Translations under genes and position numbers: made by a program
Source: an uncultured Methanoregula sp.
Lineage (GTDB): Archaea > Halobacteriota > Methanomicrobia > Methanomicrobiales > Methanospirillaceae
Reading direction: 5' to 3'
Assembly (NCBI GenBank): GCA_963662735.1
Contig: OY759744.1
Span: forward strand, 970,153 to 1,034,152
DNA: 64,000 nucleotides
The notes under the pieces: generated by a model
What the model saw: only the letters and a program-made list of their open reading frames with translations
What the model was told of the DNA's origin: nothing
Database searches by the model: none
Shown here: positions 10,323-20,205 of the stretch, piece by piece
Layout: each line of letters opens with the position of its first letter
Position numbering within the stretch: the stretch's first letter is position 1

Positions 10323-10652
10323 TCAGGCCACTTTGAGCAGGATCTTTTTGATCTTTGCAACCGCTTCCGGTGCCGGGTTGCATCCCGGACAGACCCCTTC
10401 CCCATGCGACAGGATCTGTCGAACCTCCCCTGCTGTAATTTTTGAAAACGGGATATTGTCCCATACCTTCTGGTCGATGGTATTCCAGGTACACTGAAGT
10501 AAGTGCAGCAGGAGTTCGACGTCATTCTCGGAAAATGATTTCCACTCCGCACCGATTCCCTGCTGCATCAGCTTCATTGAACCTTCCACGGTCTTTTCGC
10601 GGTGTACATGGTACAGCCGCCTGCCCACCTCGGCCTGGGTAACATCCGGCAT
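10323..10652 (-). CDS. hypothetical ~109-aa protein, paralog of 10830-11165
   Basis: The ORF track extends to 10766. I use the internal ATG 10652 (MPDVTQAEVGRRLYHV...) because it aligns with the paralog N-terminus MPRTSNDTLGRRRFQL.... Shared blocks are AEW(K/Q)SFS and W..(6)..W....F(S)(K/R)(I/L)T...(V/I).(Q/D)IL. Confidence 0.55.
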   Translation of the reverse strand: MPDVTQAEVGRRLYHVHREKTVEGSMKLMQQGIGAEWKSFSENDVELLLHLLQCTWNTIDQKVWDNIPFSKITAGEVRQILSHGEGVCPGCNPAPEAVAKIKKILLKVA

Positions 10653-10829
10653 GTCTGTTCCTCCACTCCATTCTGGGATGATGAGTGAATCCCGCTGTGC
10701 AACCATAAACTTTGTGGCCGATCTGCCGGGAGTGCGGAGGAACAACCATTCCTGTTCCACCGTCACCGGCCGGCCACGGTAGGGAAAATACTATTACCAG
10801 GCACGGGATAATTCCGATACAGTGCAGCT

Positions 10830-11165
10830 ATGCCCCGTACCAGCAATGATACGCTTGGGAGACGGCGGTTCCAGCTCCTGAGGCAACAGGCGGTCGAGGA
10901 TGCAATAGAGAAGATACGGCATGCCCCGGCTGCAGAGTGGCAATCTTTTTCCCGAACCGACTACACGCAACTCCGTGAAATCCTGGGAGACCTGTGGGTT
11001 CACCTTGAACGGGAGAAGTGGGCCCGGTACGCATTTTCCCGGCTGACCCGGCAGGATATCCAGGATATCCTCTATCTTGGTGGCAGTGCACCGGGTCACA
11101 CACTCACTCCCGACATCCTTGTCGGGATGGATGCGATCCTTTCGCACTCCCGGTCCCCCGGATGA
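10830..11165 (+). CDS. hypothetical 111-aa protein, paralog of 10323-10652
   Basis: See the paralog entry. Transcribed divergently from it across a ~177 bp gap. Confidence 0.55.
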   Translation: MPRTSNDTLGRRRFQLLRQQAVEDAIEKIRHAPAAEWQSFSRTDYTQLREILGDLWVHLEREKWARYAFSRLTRQDIQDILYLGGSAPGHTLTPDILVGMDAILSHSRSPG

Positions 11166-11228
11166 TCGGTAACCTTTCCGCCGGGATCCCGGTGGAAGGT
11201 GGCTTCCACGTCTGGCATATTCAATACC

Positions 11229-11268
11229 TTAATATATCTGCACTCTGTTAGGTTCTATCATTAGGAGG
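11229..11268 (+). promoter_or_regulatory. candidate TATA box (ttaatatat, 11229-11237) and Shine-Dalgarno (aggagg, 11263-11268) for atpK
   Basis: An AT-rich octamer lies ~40-47 nt upstream, and AGGAGG lies 8 nt upstream of ATG 11276. Confidence 0.4.
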
Positions 11269-11275
11269 TATCGAT

Positions 11276-11494
11276 ATGGTTGGTTGGGAAGTCCCGATTG
11301 GAGCAGCAATCGCATTTGCCGGCGGAGCTATCGGCACCGGGTGGGCCCAGTCCCGCATCGGCGCAGCCGGGGCGGGTGCGATTGCCGAACGGCCCGAAAC
11401 AGTTGGATCCATTATCATCCTGGAGGCGATCCCCGAGACCCTGGTCATCCTCGGTTTTGTCGTTGCGGCAATGATCATCCTGATGGTGAAGTGA
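11276..11494 (+). CDS. atpK: A1AO ATP synthase proteolipid subunit K (c)
   Basis: 72-aa two-helix hairpin with a Gly/Ala-rich helix 1 and IPET carboxylate motif in helix 2. Confidence 0.9.
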   Translation: MVGWEVPIGAAIAFAGGAIGTGWAQSRIGAAGAGAIAERPETVGSIIILEAIPETLVILGFVVAAMIILMVK

Positions 11495-11637
11495 TCCGGG
11501 CAAACGGGATGCCCGGGTACCACCGCGTTCCCCTTATCCCCAGTACATCTTTCTTCTCCCGGACCGGGAACACCGGGAGCCCGTGGGCAGCCGTACCGGT
11601 TTTGTACACAAGTGACTGAGAACGGACAGGCGATGTC

Positions 11638-12222
11638 ATGGCCTATGAAAACCTGCTGAGATCGGTTGAAGAGAGCGCAGAAGAACGGGAGCGCGAGCTC
11701 CGAAATAATGCACAAAAACAGGCGCAGGAGATCCGGGCACACGCAAAAAAAGAGGCAGAAGAGATCCAGGAATTATCCATACGGGAAGCAGAAAAGTCTG
11801 CTGTCACTGAGCGGAACAAGATGCTCTATCTCGCAAAAGGGGAGATCAAGGAACAGGGGCTTAAGAGCCGGGAGAAGGTCTTCCATGCTGCCTTTGAAGA
11901 GGCAAAACAGCAGCTCGCCGGGCTCCGGGAGGACAGGAACTACCCGGCCGTATTCGAACGGCTCGCCCGTGAGGCAACCGGTGCAATGGGAGAGATGCCC
12001 TTCCATGTCCATGTCGACAAGCGGGATCTCGACCTCTGCAAAAAAACATTCGCGGCTCTTGGCATACACTGCGAAATCTTCCCCGACCTTGAGTGCGCAG
12101 GGGGTCTTGTGGTCAGTTCGCCGGACGGACTTGTTGCGCTCTCCAATACGATCGAGTCCCGGCTGGAACGGGTAAAGGAAAGCCGGAAACTCGAGATCTA
12201 CGCCATACTTTCCGGTGGTTGA
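11638..12222 (+). CDS. atpE: A1AO ATP synthase subunit E
   Basis: 194 aa with a charged coiled-coil N-terminus and globular C-terminus. The position in the operon fits. Confidence 0.85.
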   Translation: MAYENLLRSVEESAEERERELRNNAQKQAQEIRAHAKKEAEEIQELSIREAEKSAVTERNKMLYLAKGEIKEQGLKSREKVFHAAFEEAKQQLAGLREDRNYPAVFERLAREATGAMGEMPFHVHVDKRDLDLCKKTFAALGIHCEIFPDLECAGGLVVSSPDGLVALSNTIESRLERVKESRKLEIYAILSGG

Positions 12223-12223
12223 A

Positions 12224-13273
12224 ATGGACTGGGGGTACATCAATGCCCGGATGCGGGGAATGAAGAGCCGGCTTCTGGATCACCACACGCTCGACAACCT
12301 GATCCTCCAGCCGGACCTTGATTCCCTCATAAGCGAGCTCGAAAAGACCCCCTACCGGGACGATATCATCGAGGCCCGGGGGAAATATACCGGGATGTCC
12401 TGCATAGAGCATGCCCTCCGGAACAATTTTGTCAGGACGTTCCGGAAGATCCTCGGCTTTGCCAGAAAAGAGGAAGCGGAACAGTATATCGGTATCTTTC
12501 TCCACCGCTGGGACATCCAGAACATCAAGACCATTCTCCGGGGTAAGAACATCCACGTGACGAACGAGGAGATCCTGGACTGTATTGTCCCTGCGGGAGA
12601 GCTCGACGAGGCGACCTTAACTGAGCTCGTGCGCCGGCAGGACACAAAAGCGGTGATTGACCTGCTTGCCACGTGGCGCATTCCCTGGGCCACCCCCCTC
12701 ACCACGGCGTTTCCTGAATTTGCCCGGAGCGGGGATCTCGGCATGCTCGAATGTGCGCTCGACCGGTATTATTACGATGAGGCCCTCCGTGCCGTCAGTG
12801 CCCCCGGGAAGAATAACGCCATGATCAGAAACATCCTCTCGCTCGAGATCGATGTGGTGAACCTCAAGACCGTGCTCCGGATGATCCGGGACCGCGTTGA
12901 CCCCGAAGAGGCAACAAAATTCCTGCTTGCCGGGGGGCAGGAGTTTGATCTCAAAAAACTCGGCCGCCTGCTCGCACTGCCGGCAATTGACGATGCGGTT
13001 GCAGAACTGGCACAGACGCAGTACCGCTTCCTCTCGGAAACACCGGAAGCAGCCATGCGGACACAGAAGATCTCGGTCATTGAGAAAGAACTGGAACGGT
13101 ACCTGGTCCGGCAGGGTACCCGGTCGTTCACTGCCGATCCCCTGAGCGTTGCGTCGCTGATCGGGTACTTCTGGGCAAAATACAACGAGATCACCAACAT
13201 CCGGGTCATCTCGCGCTGCAAGACCGCGGATTTTCCGGTGGAGAACCTCAGGGAGGAACTCATCTATGTATAA
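12224..13273 (+). CDS. atpC: A1AO ATP synthase subunit C (V-type d homolog)
   Basis: MDWGYINARMRGMKSRLL N-terminus characteristic of AtpC. ATG follows directly after the atpE stop. Confidence 0.9.
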   Translation: MDWGYINARMRGMKSRLLDHHTLDNLILQPDLDSLISELEKTPYRDDIIEARGKYTGMSCIEHALRNNFVRTFRKILGFARKEEAEQYIGIFLHRWDIQNIKTILRGKNIHVTNEEILDCIVPAGELDEATLTELVRRQDTKAVIDLLATWRIPWATPLTTAFPEFARSGDLGMLECALDRYYYDEALRAVSAPGKNNAMIRNILSLEIDVVNLKTVLRMIRDRVDPEEATKFLLAGGQEFDLKKLGRLLALPAIDDAVAELAQTQYRFLSETPEAAMRTQKISVIEKELERYLVRQGTRSFTADPLSVASLIGYFWAKYNEITNIRVISRCKTADFPVENLREELIYV

Positions 13274-13586
13274 GCTGGTTGTCGTGACGGACAGCGACCG
13301 GGCATCCGGGTTCCGGCTCGCGGGAGCGGAGGTCTTCGAGGCAAAGGATGTGGAAGAGGCCCGGGTCGTGATCCCGCCCCTGCTTCACAAGGACGATATC
13401 GGGATTGTTGCAGTGAACGAGGAGTACATGCTCTCGCTTGATGAGAAACTCATGGACCGGATCGAGAAGATGCACCGTCCGCTTATCATCCCGATCCCCT
13501 CGAAATCAAGGGAAGTGGACCGGCGGACCTACATCGAGCGCCTCCTCCGGAAGGCGATCGGGTACAACATTGTCCTGAAGAGGTGA
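13266..13586 (+). CDS. atpF: A1AO ATP synthase subunit F
   Basis: 106 aa. [23 protein letters not shown] matches the AtpF pattern. Overlaps the atpC stop. Confidence 0.9.
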   Translation: MYKLVVVTDSDRASGFRLAGAEVFEAKDVEEARVVIPPLLHKDDIGIVAVNEEYMLSLDEKLMDRIEKMHRPLIIPIPSKSREVDRRTYIERLLRKAIGYNIVLKR

Positions 13587-13590
13587 TGGT

Positions 13591-15330
13591 ATGATTACGG
13601 GAACAATTTCACGGATCTCGGGCCCGGTGATTATCGCCAAAGGCATGAAAGGGTCCAAGATGTACGACGTGGTGAAGGTCGGGGCCGAGGCACTCCGCGG
13701 CGAGATCATCCGGCTCGAGGGCGATGAATCTGTTATCCAGGTGTACGAGGATACTACCGGTCTTACGCTGGGCGAGAGCGTGGAGAATACCGAGACCCCG
13801 CTCTCTGTTGAGCTTGGCCCCGGGCTCCTTGCCTCCATCTATGACGGCGTCCAGCGCCCGCTGCCGGTGCTCCTTGCGCTGAGCGGAGACTTCATCGGCC
13901 GTGGCATCTTCGCCCCGGGACTTGACCGGTCGAAGAAGTGGGAATTCGTGCCAGTGGTGAAAGTGGGGGACGCGGTCGGTCCCGGCGATATCATCGGTAC
14001 CGTTGCGGAATTCCAGTTCGAGCACCGGGTGCTTGTTCCCCCGAAAGTTGCCGGCAACGTTGCCGAGATCCGGGCCGGTTCGTTCACGGTAGAAGAGATT
14101 GTCTGCGTTCTCGACAACGGGGTCCGTCTCCCCATGATGCAGTCCTGGCCGGTCCGGATTCCCCGGCCCCACAAGAAGAAGCTTGACCCGGTCCTGCCGC
14201 TTATAACCGGGCAACGGGTCTTCGACTGCATGTTCCCGGTGACAAAAGGCGGGACCGCGATGATCCCGGGTGGTTTCGGAACCGGGAAGACCGTCTCTGA
14301 GCAGACGCTTGCCAAGTGGTCGGACACCCAGGTAGTGGTCTATATCGGGTGCGGGGAGCGGGGCAACGAGATGACGGATGTGCTCGCAGAATTTCCCGAG
14401 CTCATCGATCCCCGGACAAAGCTCCCGCTGATCCAGCGGACGATCCTGATTGCCAACACCTCGAATATGCCGGTTGCTGCCCGCGAAGCCTCGATCTATA
14501 CCGGGATCACCATCGCGGAGTATTTCCGGGACATGGGATACGACGTGGCCCTGATGGCGGACTCGACTTCCCGCTGGGGCGAAGCGCTGCGGGAAGTCTC
14601 GGGCCGGCTCGAAGAGATGCCGGGCGAGGAAGGATACCCGGCCTACCTCGCGACCCGGCTCTCGGCTTTCTACGAACGGGCCGGCCGGGTCGTCACCCTT
14701 GGCACCATTGAGAGAAACGGTTCAATCACCGTGGTCGGGGCAGTCTCCCCGCCCGGCGGGGACTTCTCGGAGCCGATCACCCAGAACACGCTCCGGGTGG
14801 TCGGGACGTTCTGGGCCCTTGACACGAACCTTGCCTACCGGCGCCACTTCCCCTCGGTGAACTGGATCAAGAGTTACTCGCTCTACCTTGACAGCATCGC
14901 GGAATGGTACAGCAAAACGATTGCCCGCGACTGGCGGGAACTCCGGGAGAAAGCGATCTACCTGCTCCAGAAGGAAGTGGAGCTGCAGGAGATTGTCCAG
15001 CTGGTGGGTCCGGATGCCCTGCCTGACAGCGAGAAGGCGATCCTCGAAGTGACACGGATGATCCGCGAGGATTTCCTCCAGCAGAGCGCCTACAGCGACA
15101 CCGACTCGTTCTGTCCCATCGAGAAGCAGTACCTGATGCTCAAAGTGATTATATCATACTACGATCAGGTGATCCTTGCGATGAACCGGGGCATCAGCCT
15201 CCGGCAGATCCAGGCGCTCCCGCTGAAGGCCACCATCGGGAGGATGAAGGAGGCCGGTGAAACGGATGCGATCCGGCTGATCATCGATGAGATCAGTACA
15301 ACCTTCCCTGCCCTGGAGGTGGAGAAATGA
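13591..15330 (+). CDS. atpA: A1AO ATP synthase catalytic subunit A
   Basis: 579 aa with P-loop GGFGTGKT and conserved A-subunit blocks. Confidence 0.97.
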   Translation: MITGTISRISGPVIIAKGMKGSKMYDVVKVGAEALRGEIIRLEGDESVIQVYEDTTGLTLGESVENTETPLSVELGPGLLASIYDGVQRPLPVLLALSGDFIGRGIFAPGLDRSKKWEFVPVVKVGDAVGPGDIIGTVAEFQFEHRVLVPPKVAGNVAEIRAGSFTVEEIVCVLDNGVRLPMMQSWPVRIPRPHKKKLDPVLPLITGQRVFDCMFPVTKGGTAMIPGGFGTGKTVSEQTLAKWSDTQVVVYIGCGERGNEMTDVLAEFPELIDPRTKLPLIQRTILIANTSNMPVAAREASIYTGITIAEYFRDMGYDVALMADSTSRWGEALREVSGRLEEMPGEEGYPAYLATRLSAFYERAGRVVTLGTIERNGSITVVGAVSPPGGDFSEPITQNTLRVVGTFWALDTNLAYRRHFPSVNWIKSYSLYLDSIAEWYSKTIARDWRELREKAIYLLQKEVELQEIVQLVGPDALPDSEKAILEVTRMIREDFLQQSAYSDTDSFCPIEKQYLMLKVIISYYDQVILAMNRGISLRQIQALPLKATIGRMKEAGETDAIRLIIDEISTTFPALEVEK

Positions 15331-16745
15331 AGGAGGCTCCCCTGCTGACCAGGGAGTACCGGACTATCGAATATGTTTCCGGCCCGCTGATCTTCGTTAC
15401 CGGTGTCCTTGGGGCCTCGTTTGGCGAGATCGTGAAGATCACCCTCCACGATGGCGAGGAGCGGACCGGGCAGGTGCTCGACATCTCGGAGGACCGTGCG
15501 GTTGTCCAGGTGTACGAGGGCACCCGGGGCATCGACCTCCTCGACACAAAAGTCCGGTTCATCGGCGAGCCTGCCCGGATCCATGTATCAAAAGATATGC
15601 TGGGCCGGGTCTTTTCCGGGGTAGGGAAGCCACGGGACGGCGGCCCGGATATCATCCCGGAGGCCGTGCTCGATATTGCCGGTACTCCCATCAACCCGTC
15701 TGCCCGGGACAAGCCCGCGGATTTCATCCAGACCGGCATGTCGGCAATCGACTGCCTCAACACGCTTGTGCGGGGGCAGAAGCTGCCGATCTTCTCCGGC
15801 TCCGGTCTCCCGGCAAGCAAACTTGCCGCCCAGATCGCCCGGCAGGCAAAGGTCCGGGGCGAGGGCGAGGAGTTCGCGGTGGTCTTCGTTGCCATGGGGA
15901 TCACGCACAAGGAGGCCTCGTTCTTCATGCAGGACTTCGAACGCACGGGCGCGCTCGACCGCGTGGTCTTCTTCATGAACCTGGCGGACGACCCGACGGT
16001 CGAGCGGCTGGCGGCCCCGCGGTGCGGCCTCACGGTCGCGGAGTACCTTGCCTTCACCCATCACCACCACGTCCTCGTGATCTTAACGGACATGATCAAT
16101 TACTGCGAGGCGCTCCGCGAGATCTCGACTGCCCGGGAGGAAGTGCCCGGCCGGCGCGGGTATCCCGGCTACATGTATACTGACCTTGCTTCCATCTACG
16201 AGCGGGCCGGGCGGCTGAAAGGCAAGCACGGTTCGATCACCCAGATCCCTATCCTGACCATGCCCGACGACGACATCACCCACCCGGTGCCCGATCTCAC
16301 GGGCTACATAACCGAGGGCCAGATCGTGCTGTCCCGGGATATCTTCCGGCGCGGCGGCGACCCGCCGGTCGATGCCCTGCCCTGCCTGTCCCGGCTCATG
16401 AACCTCGGGATCGGGCCCGGGAAGACCCGGGAAGACCACCGGGGCGTGGCAGATCAGCTCTATGCCAGTTACGCGTACGGGCGCGACCTCCGCCGGCTTG
16501 TTGCGATTGTCGGGGAGGAAGCGTTAACGGATCTTGACCGGAAGTACCTCAAGTTTGCTGACGGGTTCGAGCGGCAGTTCATTACCCAGGGGGACGAGGA
16601 TCGGCCCATCGAGAAGACCCTCTCGATCGCCTGGGACCTCTTTGCCACCCTGCCCGAGGACGAGCTCAAGCGGATCAAGAAGGAGCATATCCGGAAATAC
16701 CACCCGTCAGCGCAGGAGACCACCGGAAAAGCCGGGGAGAACTGA
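15327..16745 (+). CDS. atpB: A1AO ATP synthase subunit B
   Basis: 472 aa with conserved B-subunit sequence. Overlaps atpA by 4 nt. Confidence 0.97.
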   Translation: MKEAPLLTREYRTIEYVSGPLIFVTGVLGASFGEIVKITLHDGEERTGQVLDISEDRAVVQVYEGTRGIDLLDTKVRFIGEPARIHVSKDMLGRVFSGVGKPRDGGPDIIPEAVLDIAGTPINPSARDKPADFIQTGMSAIDCLNTLVRGQKLPIFSGSGLPASKLAAQIARQAKVRGEGEEFAVVFVAMGITHKEASFFMQDFERTGALDRVVFFMNLADDPTVERLAAPRCGLTVAEYLAFTHHHHVLVILTDMINYCEALREISTAREEVPGRRGYPGYMYTDLASIYERAGRLKGKHGSITQIPILTMPDDDITHPVPDLTGYITEGQIVLSRDIFRRGGDPPVDALPCLSRLMNLGIGPGKTREDHRGVADQLYASYAYGRDLRRLVAIVGEEALTDLDRKYLKFADGFERQFITQGDEDRPIEKTLSIAWDLFATLPEDELKRIKKEHIRKYHPSAQETTGKAGEN

Positions 16746-16750
16746 CAGAA

Positions 16751-17413
16751 ATGGAGCAGGTCAAGCCCACCCGGATGGAGCTGATGAAGAAGAAGGCCCA
16801 GATCCGGCTCGCGGAGCAGGGCAGGGACCTGTTGCGCGAGAAGATGGATGCCCTGATCCAGGAGTTCTTCAAGATCTTAAGCACCGTTTCGGATTCCCGC
16901 GATGAACTGGAGCAGATCTCCCGGGCAGCAGACCTTGCCCTGATGATCGCGGAGGCGGTCGACGACCCGGTAACGCTGAAGTCCGCATCGTTTGCCACCC
17001 GGCGTTCGATCACGGTCGATATCAGCGGCAAGAACATCATGGGTGTTCCCGTCCCGGTGATCGAGAAGAAACGGATCTCGAAGAATATGCTGGAGCGGGG
17101 GTACGGGATCATCACGACGAGCGCCCGGATCGATGAGACGGCTGAGCGGTACGAGGCCGAACTGGACCTGCTCATCAAGCTTGCCGAGACCGAGACCGCG
17201 ATGCGCCGGCTGGGAGCCGAGATCCAGATGAACCGGCGGCGCGTGAATGCCCTCGAACAGATCCTGATCCCCGAGCTCAGGAGCCAGGCCAAGTACATCA
17301 AGAATGCCATCGAGGAACGGGAACGCGAGGACCTGTTCCGGCTCAAAAAGGTCAAGAGTATTTTAGAGCGGAAGAAGAAGCTCGCCAGGGAGAAGAAACA
17401 GGCATTGAAGTGA
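16751..17413 (+). CDS. atpD: A1AO ATP synthase subunit D
   Basis: 220 aa. MEQVKPTRMELMKKKAQIRLAEQGRDLL is the typical AtpD N-terminus. Confidence 0.92.
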   Translation: MEQVKPTRMELMKKKAQIRLAEQGRDLLREKMDALIQEFFKILSTVSDSRDELEQISRAADLALMIAEAVDDPVTLKSASFATRRSITVDISGKNIMGVPVPVIEKKRISKNMLERGYGIITTSARIDETAERYEAELDLLIKLAETETAMRRLGAEIQMNRRRVNALEQILIPELRSQAKYIKNAIEEREREDLFRLKKVKSILERKKKLAREKKQALK

Positions 17414-17430
17414 GGTCTCTTGACCTGTGT

Positions 17431-17772
17431 TCAGTGCAAAACCGCCCGGATAGCTGCTTCTTCGGTATCGTAAATCGAGAAAAGCTGCGAGAACCCGGAC
17501 ATCGTGAAGATGTGGTCGACAAAGGGGGTGATGGCAAAAACCCCGAAGCGACCGCCCCCGGTTTTTACCGCCTTTGCCGTCTTGAGAATTATCCGGAGCC
17601 CGGAACTGGAGATGTATTTCGTGTGCGAGCAATCCAGGAGCAGTCCTGTCGGCTTCTCGGCAATGAGTCCCTGGAGCTCGTGGTCCAGCGTCATTGCTGC
17701 GATATGGTCGATCTGGAGTGGCATTACGACAATGGTGATATCTTCAGTGGTCCGAACTTCGCACAATGTCAT
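17431..17772 (-). CDS. STAS-domain protein (SpoIIAA / anti-sigma-antagonist-like)
   Basis: The C-terminal ~100 aa (LLLDCSHTKYISSSGLRIILKTAKAVKTGGGRFGVFAITPFVDHIFTMSGF) match the STAS pattern. I use the internal ATG 17772 (113 aa) rather than the ORF track start at 17979. Confidence 0.7.
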   Translation of the reverse strand: MTLCEVRTTEDITIVVMPLQIDHIAAMTLDHELQGLIAEKPTGLLLDCSHTKYISSSGLRIILKTAKAVKTGGGRFGVFAITPFVDHIFTMSGFSQLFSIYDTEEAAIRAVLH

Positions 17773-18005
17773 GGCCCCGTAGTCCTCCCGGATAGTTCCT
17801 GATACTCTCTTGTTTTCGGCCACTAGGATAAAAAATGCGGGGTTCCCGGAACGGCCGTACCTGAAATCCTGCTGAAACGTGCCGGTTGCACCCGTTGCTG
17901 TTGTAACGGGGCCTGTTTGACGTTCTTCAGTCGGACCCTCATGAGAATTGTTTATCAGCAATAGAGTCCCAACTCCCATTCAGCCAGGAATAGTGCGGAT
18001 ATCCC

Positions 18006-19295
18006 ATGTATTCGGTCCTTTATGTGGATGATGAGCAGGATCTCCTTGACATAGCCAAGCTCTTCCTCGAGAAATCCGGCGAGTTCAGGGTCGATACCTC
18101 GACTTCCGCAGAGGAGGCCCTCACATCCTCCCAAATCCGGTCATATGATGTCATCATCTCCGATTACCAGATGCGGGAGATGGACGGGATCACGTTTCTG
18201 AAAACCGTCCGGGAACGGTTCGGTGATATTCCGTTCATCCTCTTCACCGGCCGGGGCCGCGAGGAGGTCGTGATCGATGCGATCAACCATGGCGCGGATT
18301 TCTACCTCCAGAAAGGCGGCGACCCGAAAGCGCAGTTTGCCGAACTGTCCCATAAGATGCGCCAGGCAGTGAGGCGCAAGCAGGCGGAACGCTCGCTCCT
18401 GGAATCGGAGCGGCGGCTCTCCGATATCATCAACTTCCTGCCCGATGCCACGTTTGCTGTTGACGAGGCCGGAAATGTCATCGCGTGGAACCGCGCCATT
18501 GAGGAGATGACCGGTGTCCCTGCCGCCGCAATGCTGGGTAAAGGAGATTTTGAGTATGCGATCCCGTTCTATGGTTCACGGCGCAGGGTTCTTATCAACC
18601 TTCTCGATGCAGCGGACGAAGTAACAGCGCCGCTCTATTCGGATATTTACCGGAACGGGACCTCGCTCGCGGCCGAGACCGATATTATCTTCCCGAACGG
18701 AAACCTGATCCATGTGCTTGCCCGGGCATCCCGTCTTTACAACCAGGAGGGCGAGATCACCGGGGCGATCGAGTCCATCCGGGATATCACGACCCGTAAA
18801 CGCGACGAGGCTGCATTACAGCAGGTTACAACAGAACTGCAGCTGATCTTCAAGAACATGATCAATGCGTTTATTGTCTGGGAGTCGGTCTTTGACGAGA
18901 ATGGCAATTATGTCAGTTTCCGCTTCGGGCAGTTCAATGATGCCTATGCCCGGATCGCGAAGGTGAATTATGAGGATGTGCGGGGCAAGGACGTGTTCGA
19001 GGTCTGGCCCACTACCGAGATGAGCTGGGTGGAAGTGTACGGCCGGGTGGCAACGACCGGCATTCCCCATGCGTTTGACATGTACCATGAGCCTACCAGG
19101 GGATGGTACCACTGCAATGCGTACCGGCCTACGGACTCGCCGGCCCAGGTCTGCGTTATCTTTGAGGATATCACGGAGCGCAGGAAGGCGGAAGAAGAAC
19201 TCCGTGCTGCCTACGAGCAGATCACCGCCACCGAAGAGGAACTGAGAAGCCAGTACGAGGATCTGACCAACCAGGACAAGAGCAGGACCCCGTGA
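18006..19295 (+). CDS. response-regulator receiver domain fused to two PAS domains, with no kinase or other output domain
   Basis: Receiver motifs (YVDDE...ISDYQM..MDG...LFTGRG), then PAS segments separated by coiled linkers (KAEEELRAAYEQITATEEELRSQYEDL). Confidence 0.85.
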   Translation: MYSVLYVDDEQDLLDIAKLFLEKSGEFRVDTSTSAEEALTSSQIRSYDVIISDYQMREMDGITFLKTVRERFGDIPFILFTGRGREEVVIDAINHGADFYLQKGGDPKAQFAELSHKMRQAVRRKQAERSLLESERRLSDIINFLPDATFAVDEAGNVIAWNRAIEEMTGVPAAAMLGKGDFEYAIPFYGSRRRVLINLLDAADEVTAPLYSDIYRNGTSLAAETDIIFPNGNLIHVLARASRLYNQEGEITGAIESIRDITTRKRDEAALQQVTTELQLIFKNMINAFIVWESVFDENGNYVSFRFGQFNDAYARIAKVNYEDVRGKDVFEVWPTTEMSWVEVYGRVATTGIPHAFDMYHEPTRGWYHCNAYRPTDSPAQVCVIFEDITERRKAEEELRAAYEQITATEEELRSQYEDLTNQDKSRTP

Positions 19296-19438
19296 GGGAT
19301 ATGCCGGGCCGTCCTTTGCCTGAAATCTTTTTACCGGGCCTTACCTGAAAAATCCCGACCGGGTTCCGGTTGCATTTTTTCTGCCGGGTTTTGAAAAAAT
19401 GAGGGCGGGAGTATTTTCTCCCACCCCGTTTGTTCCTA

Positions 19439-19576
19439 TTACTTCGGCGTGTTCCCGCCGGATCCCATGTGATCGAGGACCCGGTCCCAGATGACGATGA
19501 GGCCGGGGATGATCACGTAGGCGAGCAGTCCTGCACCGAGGAATGCTCCCGTGAGGATGAGTTCGTTGTCCATCAT
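19439..19576 (-). CDS. possible 45-aa single-TM peptide (below the ORF-track size cutoff)
   Basis: Hand translation gives MMDNELILTGAFLGAGLLAYVIIPGLIVIWDRVLDHMGSGGNTPK*. It starts 7 nt after the stop of the upstream 167-aa gene and is preceded by a GGTGGGG SD-like element. Confidence 0.4.
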   Translation of the reverse strand: MMDNELILTGAFLGAGLLAYVIIPGLIVIWDRVLDHMGSGGNTPK

Positions 19577-19582
19577 CCCCAC

Positions 19583-20086
19583 CTATCCCAGTGCTGCTAC
19601 GGTGTCTGCCCAGGTCTCGACCCTGCTCCGGATCGCTTCATCGGAATACGAGGTAAGGGTCACCTGATCCCGGCTGAAGTTGACGAAGTAGAGCTCGCCG
19701 TTGGCATCGTGGCATTTTAGGGTGGCGGTGAACTTCTCGTTGTCGCGGTCACGGATCGGTGTCCCGCCGATCGTGGTCGCGATCTCCGTGTCTGCAACAA
19801 TGCGGTTGGCGACACTGGTGAACGCTGCGATGGTAGGCGTCCTGACCGTGATGAGGGCGATGGTCTTTGCATCGGAGTCCTGGTAGAAGATCCGTGCGGT
19901 GTAGCCCTGTTTGGTGCGTTCTACCGGGGGGTGGTTCACTCCCTGTGCATTGTAGGAAACGCACTGGAAGGGGTTGTTCGCAATGACGCCCTGGACAAGG
20001 TTGTCGAAGGCAGTCACGTCTGCGAGCGGGGCCGCGAGTTTGCGGACCGCGCTCTTCGTGGTGTTGCTTGTCGTAAAGTCTGCCAT
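19583..20086 (-). CDS. hypothetical 167-aa protein, no recognisable family
   Basis: I use ATG 20086 (MADFTTSNTTKSAVRKL...) rather than the 20278 start in the ORF track. Composition is balanced and not low-complexity. Confidence 0.55.
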   Translation of the reverse strand: MADFTTSNTTKSAVRKLAAPLADVTAFDNLVQGVIANNPFQCVSYNAQGVNHPPVERTKQGYTARIFYQDSDAKTIALITVRTPTIAAFTSVANRIVADTEIATTIGGTPIRDRDNEKFTATLKCHDANGELYFVNFSRDQVTLTSYSDEAIRSRVETWADTVAALG

Positions 20087-20205
20087 TTCTGGTCTCTCCT
20101 TTCTTGTCTGCCGGGGAGTTCTCCGAACTTCCCGGTGGTTTGTCGCGGGGCGCCCTTTGACATACCAATGTTGGCACTCATAGGGTATATCCCAAAAAAG
20201 GAGAA

